DNA of 64,000 bases from Lingula anatina. Lineage: Eukaryota; Animalia; Brachiopoda. The notes beneath the pieces are model-generated. The model saw only the letters and a program-made list of their open reading frames with translations. It was not told where the DNA came from and did no database searches. Location: positions 23,436,001 through 23,500,000 of the forward strand of contig CM120642.1 of assembly GCA_051362555.1 (NCBI GenBank), written 5' to 3'. Both the position numbers and the translations under genes were made by a program. Of this stretch, positions 1 through 11,700 are shown piece by piece; position 1 is the first letter of the stretch, and every line of letters begins with the position of its first letter.

Positions 1-428
1 AAAAGTAACTAATGTTGATATTTCCTTTTTAAATGCAGAAATATATGGCAGTCTAAGTGACTGGCCAGTCATTTAGGATTTTCTCAATTTTAAATGGCAT
101 AAAGCATCAAATCCCAAGTGCAGGGATGGATCTAACAATTATTCTTGAGTAGGAGAAAATTCTTTTTTATTGTATTTAAGCAACATTTAGTTTGGCAGGA
201 AAATCACAGATATGACACCTTTGATATCTTATATTTTAAATGGGATTGTGTTAGCAATATTTGTTTGCTTGAATCCAAAGTTATTTTTCCGTAGACGTAT
301 CTTAAATAATTATTAAATGTCATTGATTATTTAATTATTTGTTTCAGGAACAATCATTCTGTTTTTCCAAGTTGGGCACAAAGATTGTTTGAAATGTTGT
401 TTTTTTTTAACATTTGGTTTGTTTTTAG

Positions 429-576
429 GCTACGTCTTAAGCAAAGCAAGTACCCAGTGCTGTTCCTGATGGTTGGAGAAATCCGTATCCAAGATGACCG
501 CCACCCAGGTTACAGAGACAGGCGCACACTTACAGAGTCTATGGCCGTTAATTTTGCTCAGTGTGAACAACTCCTG
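429..576 (+). CDS. GPCPD1: GPCPD1 alternative exon variant A
   Basis: tttttag|G CTA CGT...CTC CTG|gtaggc; 148 nt (3n+1); LRLKQSKYPVLFLMVGEIRIQDDRHPGYRDRRTLTESMAVNFAQCEQLL. Confidence 0.8.
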
Positions 577-3500
577 GTAGGCTGGGTGCAACTGGGTTAT
601 ACACGTTTGGTTTATCATTCAGAATAATTACATGGTGATGGCACAAATTCTTTTTATGATCAAACAAGAATCAGTTCAATTTCAATGGCTCTTGGTTGGT
701 TAAGGTCTGTTGGTTTTCACTATTCAATCATTCGACTCTAAGTTCTTTACTTTATTCAGCAAGGCAAGTGGTAAGGTGACTTTAGGTTATAGTCACTGTC
801 TGAGACACAGCCAGCCTTGGTTTTTATCATCCTTTTACATGCTCGGGCTATTATAATCTCCGTGCTTTGAAAAAGTGCATGATTGGTTGATTGATATTTA
901 CAGATTTCCTAGTATTTTGCCATGATTCAAGAAGGATGTTGATAAAACTGTTCCTTCACATATTTTGAATAGAAATGGTTGCTGGTCTTCTATGGTTTCT
1001 AGTTTTCTTCTTTGAAAGAAGAATGTTTGGTTCAGTCCCTACCATTAGGTTTGGCATTCAGAGTCATTTATGGTGTGAAAACCACCTGTCTGGTGTTTGC
1101 TGTGGTTAACAATCTAGTCTTGTAAATAGTTCTCATTCAGTCAGTGTGCCGCTAGATAAGAACAGAAACAGGCGAAGTAATTTTACATCCATTAATAAGT
1201 CGGTATGAAGTTCTAGTAAAAAAAAAAATCCACTTTGAGGCCGCTTTTCAACTTGTAGTATTGGGTGTTGGAATATTTATTGGAATTTTTAACAAGGATA
1301 AATAGATGGTGCTGCTGCTGCGAAAGGTGATTGCTCCTTTTTTTCGCCAGTTTCTTTCATTAGTCATATTTTAAAAGACTTCAGTATCTCTCCCTCTCTG
1401 CATTTCACTTCCTTGAAGTCATAGACTTACTATCTTGCTGCCAGATAGTAGTTGCTATGCTGTTGATGCAGTGGACATGGTCTCATATATGTGCTTGGTG
1501 GACACAGCTCTGTACTGTTTAGATCTGTCTTGCTTACTTTGCAACAACTCTGTAGATGTGCACCCTTTTACTCTGCTTTTTTATATTATGAATATATATA
1601 TATTTGAAATAATTAGAGCATTTTTTTAATTTCAGCAGAGCAGGAGTGATTTGCTTTATCTGTTTGTGTTGTCCCCGCTTTTATGATTAAACTTAAAGAT
1701 TATTTTGCTTGCAGAAGTAGAAATGATTTTTTGTTGATTTAAAAGGACATGTTTATGATTAACGAAATCTGTTTATTGATGAATCATTTGCAATATTTCA
1801 GTGCACAGCGCATACATTTTTATACGATCAAGCTAGATATCTCCAGTAATTTCTTCTTCATTCACCACTATAATTGCAAATGCACTTGCTTTAATTAGAC
1901 TTATAATTGTGATATAGTTTTGAATAGTTTGAAAATGTGATGAATGATTTTGAAAATCATACAGCAAAGCAAAGGTAATAATTATCCACAGTTGATTAGT
2001 AGCTTTAATGCACCAGCTCAGGCCTGTAGCCAGGGAGGGTTCGGGGGGTTCAAAAGAACCCCCTTTTTGCCAAGAAAAGTTGCCCTTTGGGTAAAATTTT
2101 CTCTAGGTACACGAAGGTTTCATGGTGAAATGTCCACTTTTTCAGAAAAAGAACCCCCCTTTTGAAATTGCTGGCTTCGGGCCTGCAGCTTGTGTGCTGA
2201 TTGCTTTACCTCTCCAGATGAAAAGATGGTTGTTTGATAGCTATGGTTTGAGCTGACTTAATACATAACACACAACGTGAAAGGAAAAAAGGCACCTGAA
2301 TATATGGGATGGACTGGTTACATGCTATTTTCTAAAACATAGAAGTACCTTAATGTAGCAAATTAATTGTCCCATCATAAACAAAAGTTTAGTCAAATGT
2401 TCTTTAATGGTTAGCCCCTACTGGTGTTGTGGTATCCCACATTTTAATCTGGTTTAAAAAATGAAAAATTATTAACTTTGTTATGTATATGAACACAAAT
2501 GTATACTTGAAAACATTAAATGTTCGTCAGTTTGATAAAAATCTTACAACATAATGTCACAAATTTTACAAAATGATGGCTATAAAGTCTTCCTTATAAA
2601 TTTTAAAAAAATTCTTCCATGCTATGGTCAATACTTAACAGGTAGTAAAAGTGAAATTTAGAAGGATATTTTTGAAGATTGGTGATCAAATTGCAGATGT
2701 CATCATAGCTATATTTAAGTTGCCTGCAAAGGTTTATTCATCCCAACACAAATTATAAATTGCTTTGCTGTTCAAAACCAGGTAAATAAACATGAAAATA
2801 TTTGTGGGATTTAATTCTAGTAATTTAGATTGTAATTGTTTTTGGACTGTGTGTCCTCTTAGGAAGAAGCATGCATTAATTGGATTGGGTTTGTTTTGTA
2901 TTCAAAGTGTACAGAACATATGTGTGTAAGAACATATGTGTGTAAGAAAGATGCCTGATGTTTGTCTTTACAGTGGTTGTGTGCATTTGAACAAGTCAAG
3001 TTTGAGAGGTGTAGCTTTTGTACAGACTGTTGCCATGTTTACGCTGTTGCCATGTTTACGCTTTCGTATTTGTCTGTTGGAAGAATGTGCACATGTTTAG
3101 TCTGTGTTATTGTATCTGTGTGCTCGACCTCCTTAAAGGCAGTGTTTTAATTCCTTGCTTTGAAGGTTGAGAAAAAAGCAAAACAAATACCCAGTGCTGT
3201 TCTTGACTATGGGAGAGACAGACTTATGGGAACCGTATGATGATAAGCGTACCCTTTCCATTCCACAGGCATCAGAGTTTGCTCTCTGTGAGGAATTCTT
3301 GGTATGTGTGGATATGTTCATATAGAAAAGGCCATTTTTAATATTGATTGATTAGCATGGTTATGTATAGTCCGAGTTATTTCCTAGAGAAGCTATTATA
3401 GAATACTGTTGATTATGCTGGTATTAGTCATAGGTGTTACCTATCTCTGTTCTTTTCCCTACATAAGATGACTGTAAGGAGTCTCCCTTATTTCCAGTTC

Positions 3501-4643
3501 TGCACCTGCAGAGGTTTACTGTTCAAATCTACACTGAAGCTCTGCCAGTTTGAGCAGCTTTATACTAATTGCTTTTTATATTGGTGTTCGGACTCCATTC
3601 TTTATTTTTCCTCATTTTTTTTTCTGTTCACTGGCACTGACAGCAATATTTTGATATTCCAATGATTTAAAGTTTGAACATTGTATCTGTTTGTTTATCA
3701 TTGTAAATTAAATTTAAGGATATCAAATAAATTAAAAGAAAAAGTTCTATCTTTCCTTCAAGAGCATATTTAATTAAACATCTATTGGTATATTATCTCA
3801 TATAATGAGTTTTACATATTCCAAATGGGTTAGAGAAAGGCACATTTATTTAATCAGTTAAGATTACACAAAATTTAGGTTAACATATCGCCTCTTTGTT
3901 AATTGCTATTTTTCATGTATTTCAAAAGGGGGTAAATGTTCACTCAGAAGATCTCCTCAAGACTCCAAACCTTGTGAATCAAGTGAAGGAAGCAGGCCTT
4001 GTCCTGTTCTGCTGGGGAGAAGATAACAACAACTCTTCCAACATAGCTTATCTCAAGGAACTGGGAGTGAATGGCCTGATTTATGACAGGTGAGTAGATT
4101 TGCCTAATTGTGTAAGTCATCAGTATTTAAATGCCATTTACAGTGTTGTATAGTTTTTGTTCATAACCTAAACTCCTGTTTGACTGATTTTTTCCATTGT
4201 TCTGGTCAGGTGTAGTACTGCTAGAGAGATTTGCACTTTCTACTCTTCAGGGATCATTTTGAAAATGATTTAGTTTGATGTTTTAGACAGAAATGTTGCG
4301 CTGTACCCAGTGAATCTTGGACAGAAAATTCCAGATGGTCTTTAAATGTTGTTTTTTGCTATTCAGAATATCAGACTATAAACCAACTAAAGAGAATGTT
4401 TTCAAGATGGAAAAAGAAGCCAAACTTAAACTGTTGAAAGAGATGGGAGCAATCAGAACAAGTCATACGCTGTCAGGAAGTGAATCGGGCTCCAGCTCTC
4501 CTGAACACAGCAGTAACAACTCACCCGCACAGACGGAACGTGAGAAGTTAACACGACTGTCCAGTTTGCAGGAAGTTGGCACAACACATGACAGAGAAAC
4601 ACCCAGTCGTAGTTATAGTATCACCTCTCAGAGAAATGTTTAG
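429..4643 (+). CDS. GPCPD1: Glycerophosphocholine phosphodiesterase GPCPD1/GDE5, 3' part (5' exons lie outside the window)
   Basis: Exons 429-576 OR 3166-3301, then 3929-4089 and 4367-4643(TAG); all GT-AG with consistent phase. Peptide KQNKYPVLFLT...EEFL/GVNVHSEDLLKTPNLV...GLVLFCWGEDNN...LKELGVNGLIYDR matches the GPCPD1 GDPD-domain C-terminus. Confidence 0.93.
2019..2185. mobile_element. MITE with CAGGCC(C/T)GTAGCCAG termini and 5-bp TSD
   Basis: caggcctgtagccag ... ctggcttcgggcctg, flanked by CAGCT on both sides; related copies at ~16875-17014 (partial) and 62982-63133. Confidence 0.8.
3166..3301 (+). CDS. GPCPD1: GPCPD1 alternative exon variant B
   Basis: ttgctttgaag|G TTG AGA...TTC TTG|gtatgt; 136 nt (3n+1); LRKKQNKYPVLFLTMGETDLWEPYDDKRTLSIPQASEFALCEEFL. 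Confidence 0.85.
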
Positions 4644-6304
4644 AATGGTGTTAGTCCCCTATTGAGAATGTTATTTGGAATGGCATTTTGTGACATGTAC
4701 CAATAAGATTACGTGTGGAAAGTTATGACACATTTTAGGTAAATATATACTCCAAAGTAATTCTATAAGTCTCTAAAATTAAGACTTTGCAAAATGTGTA
4801 ATTGTTTCAAATTGTCAATCAAGTATCCAGTTAGTTGACATTAAGTGTCGCTGAACTTTGTTAAAAAGACAAATAGTGTCACTTTTTTAGGAATATTTAG
4901 GGACACAGGAGTTCAAAATGTCAGAGGAAATTTTGAAAAAAAATATAGTACTTTTTAGTAAAAAGATGCATAATTTTCTTGGTAATGAGGTGTATTAAGT
5001 CAGTTTGATATGAGAGGCTACACTTTGTGTGTTATTGAAAGCTGTAAATAACTAATGTTGCCAAGTTGCATGTAAAGCTATGGTAGGAGTCAGGTGGACA
5101 GAGGGACAAGTTTTACACTGTAGAGACATGTAGTTTTAGTGAATATTTTAGTTCATAGCTTTAGCTTCATTTTAGTGTTTTTCACTTTTGGGGATCAAAC
5201 CTAGTCTGAGGGGTTTATAAAAAAAACATAGCTTGTTACGGTATGGTGTTTCTATTCATCTTGAGGAAGTTTGTCTAGGGATTTTCTTGTATGGTCATTT
5301 TATTTGCATGTGATTATTACTTTATGATTTTTAAATTTCTTATAAAGAATGTGATTTGAAACGGGTATACTTCAATCATTCAGAAGTTTTGAATGAATGT
5401 TTTTTTTTTTCTTGCTCAATACCAAACTGTATTTTAAGAAGCTGATAAGTTCATTTTTCCTTGCTTTGTTGGAGGGCATCAAGAAAAATCTGTGGTGCTA
5501 CATTTGTCAAACAACGTAGGTTTTTTAGCTGAGAAAGGTTGTGGTGCACTGCAAGTTTTCGACTTCAAATTAAACACAGTAAGTGTGATACTAAGTAGCA
5601 AAATGCTTTTCCTGTGGAATGCTTATATATCCCTTCTTACAATGTAAAAAACAAATTTTATAAAGACATTTTCTGATTGAGGAAAGTGTTTTATTAAGTT
5701 GAATGGCATGAACATTGGTGATAATGCATTTAAACCAAAAGAGAATCAGTAACAAGTTTTATGCTTTTAAGTATTGAAAACAAAAGTCCAAAGACAAATT
5801 ACTAAGGTGTGTGATTGCAGAAGTATTTTATTTATTTATTATTATTTTTTTTTTTTCAGAATGATTGAAAACTTAATTTCCGGTTGAGATAAAGAACTGC
5901 ATTGACGTCACAGTTACACTTAATACAGTTCACATTTTACATCGATCCAAAAGTAAATGATTACACTGCAGCACATAAAGCAATCTTCCTTACATTTATA
6001 TGTAAGATGCATTTTAATATAACTAAATGCCTTTTACATATACTTATTCAGTATTACATATACTTATTCAGAATTGTTTTTTTTTTCACACAGCATGCAT
6101 GTACTGAAACTTACAAAAGTAGGTGTTAAAAGCATAATCTCATGGCAGTGAAGGGCAACAAAATGGTGCCTGTATTTTTCACAGGTAGTATGGTCAAATA
6201 TTTTCCCATTTTTGTTGGTGTTTTAACCAACATTAGAAATCACTGAACGTGCATATCATATGTGTCAAATGCTTGAGTATGTAGGATTCCATTACACTGT
6301 ATAG

Positions 6305-6310
6305 AATAAA
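6305..6310 (+). promoter_or_regulatory. Candidate polyadenylation signal of GPCPD1
   Basis: AATAAA about 1.66 kb after the stop codon; position is the only support. Confidence 0.35.
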
Positions 6311-6544
6311 TATGCTTCACAAAGTAAAAGGATATGAGTCATTTTGTGGATTGGATGGGTGAATTTTTGGGTAATTGTTTTAATTTGACACAAAAAACGA
6401 GTAAAAAAATTTCAAAGCTACTGTGTTAACCCCTTTGCCAGATGTCAGTAAGACTGAAACTGGGCCAGTAAATTTGTTCAGTTACTTGTCTAAAAGAGTG
6501 TGCTTTGGACTGGAAAATTATTAAACCCTCTGTATAACGGAATT

Positions 6545-6801
6545 AATTGACTGGGTTCCCATACCTAGATCGATCTTACAGGATTGATCCATCTCCGAGG
6601 GATTTCTCACTAAACTGCAATCAACTTCAGCAACTTAGATGACTGGCACGCCTACTGAAGCTGCTAAGCGATAATTTATTTCCCCCTAGCAGCTTCAGTT
6701 GGCGTGACAGACATCCAAGGTGCTTAAGTAGAGTGCTATTTAGTGAGAATCTCCTCGGAGATCAATCCACAGTTAGTACGATAGGGTCTTGAAATGGTCC
6801 C
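6545..6801. mobile_element. Non-autonomous foldback repeat (internal imperfect palindrome, non-matching ends)
   Basis: acgcctactgaagctgcta...tagcagcttcagttggcgt and ctccgagggatttctcactaaa...tttagtgagaatctcctcggag; an inverted second copy lies at 58444-58663. Confidence 0.7.
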
Positions 6802-8757
6802 ATTGACTACTGCTATTCTTCAAATCACGTGACACTGTGCACTTTTACTGTTTAACGTGCAGTTTTTTCAGAAAATTAAGAGAGCCCAGTCAAATATTGG
6901 AGTGACAAGGCGATCAGTGTTATCACGGCCTGATGATTATATGATTTAAATTCTATTTAGAGAAGTAATATGAATGTTTAAAATAACTTTTTTGCAAAGT
7001 TACTAGTACTATCGCGCACCTACAATTGATCTATCCAAAACATCCGTTACCTTTATGGCGATAAATGTTGCAAATAATTGCGGAGATGTCTATGAACTCA
7101 AATAACTGCGGCCTAATCTTCACTGTTTATCTATATTTTATAATTAGCATGCTAAACCAATGAATATCACATCAAGGGATGTGTGCAAATTAATCTGTTT
7201 GTTGGAAGTATCGCAGCAATTTGTATGAAGAACGTTCGCCGTAAATGTCAACAAAGAGTATCAGGTCGGGAAATATACAAGTATCAAACGCCTACAATTG
7301 AAAACACCAGTGTATCAAAATCTTCAGGTTCGCGCATTGAGGCATGCTATATATAGGCTTGACGACGAGAGCAGGATACTTATTTTTCAGTTCCCTTGGC
7401 AACTTAAATTTGGTTTGATATTGTATTATGAAAGTTATTTTTAAAGCCTCCTTTGAGATAATGTCCCTTTATAGCTGATTTAGAAACGTTGACTAGGGGT
7501 GCTCAAAACACAGTGAAGTCACGTCGCCAAGTTAGAAAAACTGATTGTATTTAAACATCTCTTTATTGATTGTCAACAGTTTTTCTAACCCATGCAGTTT
7601 TGGTGATAATCAAGCATCTTTACAATATCAATGATGATAAATAAGTGAATTTTGTGCGTTATAATAAATTTCTCTAGACCATTCCTACACGGTCATGCCT
7701 CAGTCCAACGGAATTATACCTTTTTTCGTCTTTTTCCCATTGTGTAAAAAAAGCTACGCAGCTAATAGGGTGATCTTTGTTAATCTACATTATAAGAATG
7801 TAGAAAATCCTTTGCTTTTAGGTTTTCGTATGGACTTGAACACCTATCTGGGAAGTTTTGATGTATCTATTTCATTTTATTTTAACTCTTTAAATGTTAT
7901 TATTCTAAATATGAAAGACATTTTGATCGAATTATTCTGGTAAAGATTTAGACAGGGAAAACAACTACCGTATATTTTGCATTGTTTACATTAATTTATA
8001 TATCTGCTAGAATGTCAATAGTGCGTAATATCATAAGCTGCATTATGACCAATTACAATAACGCTGTGCTATTTTATCTCAGATATAAGACAAAAAATGA
8101 TAAGATAAATTCTTCATATTGATCACATGACTCATCGCACAAAACGTCCATGTTGTAAGGTACACAATACAATTCATGTTGGCATAACCATAGTTAAATC
8201 TGGTTAAGCTTGGTTATGTGTAGATTCATATTATCCAGTTCACAGAAACCATTAACGTTCATTCATGCGTTGTTCGTCTAAACGGACCTGATACACCTGT
8301 GGACCGAACTCGAGGAATTTGGCAGGAAAAGGGTAAATATACAGACAGATATGTCAAGTGCATACATATAGTCAAAATGACGCCAGTTCTTTGTTCGCTA
8401 AAGTTACGTCACAGACTTTAAAAGTCATCAGTGCAGCTGCAGGTCACCTGGCGTTGCCTTTCAAACGGCTAAATCTTTATTAAGTCTGTTTGTTTGTTCG
8501 AACAGTAATTTTCTGATTTCTTTGGCGTAAAGTATACTAGATAGGAACTAATTCCAACTTTTTAAGGGATGTATATGTATTGATGTTTGCACCTTTGTAA
8601 TTGAAATCTTTCATCACCCTACGTCTTTGCTTAACATATAATTCTAAATGTGAAATTAATGCAATTTTTTTTATATTTTTGATTAGTGTCTAACCTAAAC
8701 TGAAAAATTAAATAATTTGAGCTGGCTGTAAAAATATGTTGCCATGTTCAACAGGAG

Positions 8758-11700
8758 ATGCCATCCAAGAATTATAACCCCAACAGTGCTGATAGCAAAA
8801 GGAAGGAAGAAGAAATTCGAGAATTAAAAATCTACCTAAGTCAGGTGAGAAGAGCTGCATATTTCAGGCACCCGGTAGATTTGGAATATGAAAAATATAC
8901 AAATCAATGCTGGAACTTACGTGGTAAAATTTCAACGACTTACCAACGTTGCGATCTCGTCCACAGATCTCGTCTGGGGCAGTGTCCTGTACGCGTAGGA
9001 TCCAGACGTCCTACTATTTATAATGTTGTGATAAGATAAGACTAAGCGTGATCTAAAGGTCGAAGGTTATTGATTAGAATTCGGAGAAAAACGGGGCTGG
9101 GCCATGGTGACCTCCATTGTGAAAGAAAACAAAAATATGCTTTAAGTCATCATTTTTATTAAAACAATAGGTACATTGGTAGTGTTTACCTCTACAGGAG
9201 AGGCATTTTCGACAAGTTAAAAAGTCGCGTTGATTTATATAATTAGTCTATGATAATTATCAGTTTCGACTGTATCAGTTTCGACTGCAGCTGTTTTACC
9301 TTAGCCGTGCATTATGGACCCAAGCCATATCAGAATCAGCCTACGTTACATCACCATTGTTACTGTTCTCACGAAATGAATCATATTTAGAAAATTAGAA
9401 TTTTCCTCGAAAAACAAAATTCTCCTATTCAAGAGTCAATGCGTCCCTGTACTAAGATTCGATGTTAGTTCTCAATCTGAATAATTCGAACTGCCAGCCA
9501 CTTAAAGATGCATACAAAGTCAAATTTTTGTTACAAAAACCAACCAAATGCCATCATGTAGTTTCAAGTAGTATAATTAAGAGAATTACCGAAAATGATG
9601 TTTGAACAGATTTTTCTGCTAGCATTCTTTGCTGTATGTCAATGGGGCAGAAAAGTAGGTCACGAAAGTAGGGTAAATTTCCAACCAAAATTTTAAAGAA
9701 AGGAGCAGTCTACAGCTCTTTTATGGCTAATTGACTGATCTGTTCAGTTCATCCCTTGGCATGTCGAATTTATTTGAGTCTTATAAGAAAGTAGTAGAAG
9801 TGGTTGACATGTGTTACTGGGAATCCACGCTCCACCTATGCTCGGTTCGAATGCACCTTTAAGCCGCTGTACAGGAGGAGGTCGGGGGCAGGTACTTTTA
9901 TTTGAGGGGTATTATCGATCTTAATTGGTTTTTATTGGCAAAGATTAGTATCTTTGCGGGATGTGTAAGCAAAGAAGCTATGAATAGTGCATTTTCAAAC
10001 GCAGATAATATAACTTTAATCAAACATTTACAGTTTGCTCGTACCTTAAATCTTATCTATTTGCCCTTTACCTTCGACACCTCACAGCCATCAGAATCGT
10101 GGTTGCAAGGGTCGATCTAGGTGGAAAGCCACAGCTGTCCCCCTCCTTTAGCCTGCTTAGATTCGGAGGAAATTTTTTCTCCCTTAGAATATCAAAATAA
10201 CAAACGAAACGAAACGAAACAAGCAATTCTTTCAATCACGTGTCCTACATATTATGGTAAAATAGTTTGTGCCGTTTGGTTCTATATTTATTTCAGGAAA
10301 CACGATGTTCCATTAAACAAAAACGTTGATTCGACTCTTTGCTAAAAGAAATAAGAAGTAAGCCTTTCTGGCACTGGAAACATTTGATTAAATTTAAATG
10401 TGAAAAGTAAGGAAGATCCATTTGAAATCGATGTTACAGCCCCCCCCCCCCAAAAAAAAAGGCTGCTGTTACGTCATCAGCCCAAATTAGAAAATTCACC
10501 CTGGTGAATTTCTACATTATTTAAGCGGATAAGAAAATAAATAAATACTATCGACCCCCTTAATTTCGTGCCCCTCCCCACCCCCACTCCAAATCAAAAT
10601 CCAGCAGTAGGCAGTTTTCTTCTACACGGACACGCTTTCCAACAGTTTAATGGAAATTGGTAAAGATGATTTAAGATACACTGTACGCGTTTGAAAATAT
10701 TAAAAATCAAAATTTCTATGTCTATATATACTGCATAGATACTTAAGTCTATATTTCCCAAATCAGACCTTAAAAACCTATAAAACCCTGAAAATAAAAG
10801 TAGCCATAGTCAATAGTTCCTTCTGAAATGTGCACCAAGACTTGGCGATTTAAATGATTGACCAGTCTTTCAAAATTGCTTTTTTCCACCGAGGAAACTT
10901 ATATTTGGTGGGTAAATACCGTGTTAAGCATGATGATATTGCCCTATATATGTCTTTCCTTAATGATGGCTGGTCGTTCACTGTACATGTACCGGAATTA
11001 TAAAACATTTTGATGGATATATCTTATAAATCAAATTTAATTCAAAGTGAAAATGACATCTCATTTAGACAAACCAAATGAAAAAAAATTGTTACATAAT
11101 GATGAGTATGGAGGCTTATTTCGATGTTTTTGCATTCCATATCCAACCAACGCTGAAGACTGTAAAACCATGGTTCGAAGAGGTGAGAAATGATTGTAAA
11201 AAATGCCACTCGCAGATGTTTTATGTCTATTCTATTCTAATTACTGTTTCAAAGCCTTAGATGATTTCCTTTTTTCCAGTTAAATGAGTGTCTGTAGTTT
11301 CTATATTTTGAAATTGTCTGTTTCTACTGTACATTCAAAAATTATCAATGACAACATTGTACACAGTTATGTATTGGAATACTTTCACTGTCTATTAAAT
11401 TAAGCATCGAGTGAGTTGATAAAAAAGTGATAAACTATTAAGAGAAACGATACGAGAACCAATGAAGAATTAATACTTAGAATGATAATTTCTCTTGCTA
11501 GAGAAGAGATGGTGATCCAGAGGCACAGGGTATTCCTCTGAGAGACATTCGGCAACGTTTGGATGCGTCTGGGGTGATGGAGCGGATCTCCCGCGGGGGA
11601 AGGCAACGCATGCTGGAACAGTATGACGCCAATAAAGACGGCATGTACACGTACCCAGAGTTAGAACAGCTGGTAAGGAAAAAAATTCGATCGCATCCTC

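Noticed and set aside
1435-1629. Possible third GPCPD1 alternative exon
   Set aside because: No similarity to the KYPVLFL exon in the frame translated, and no convincing splice sites
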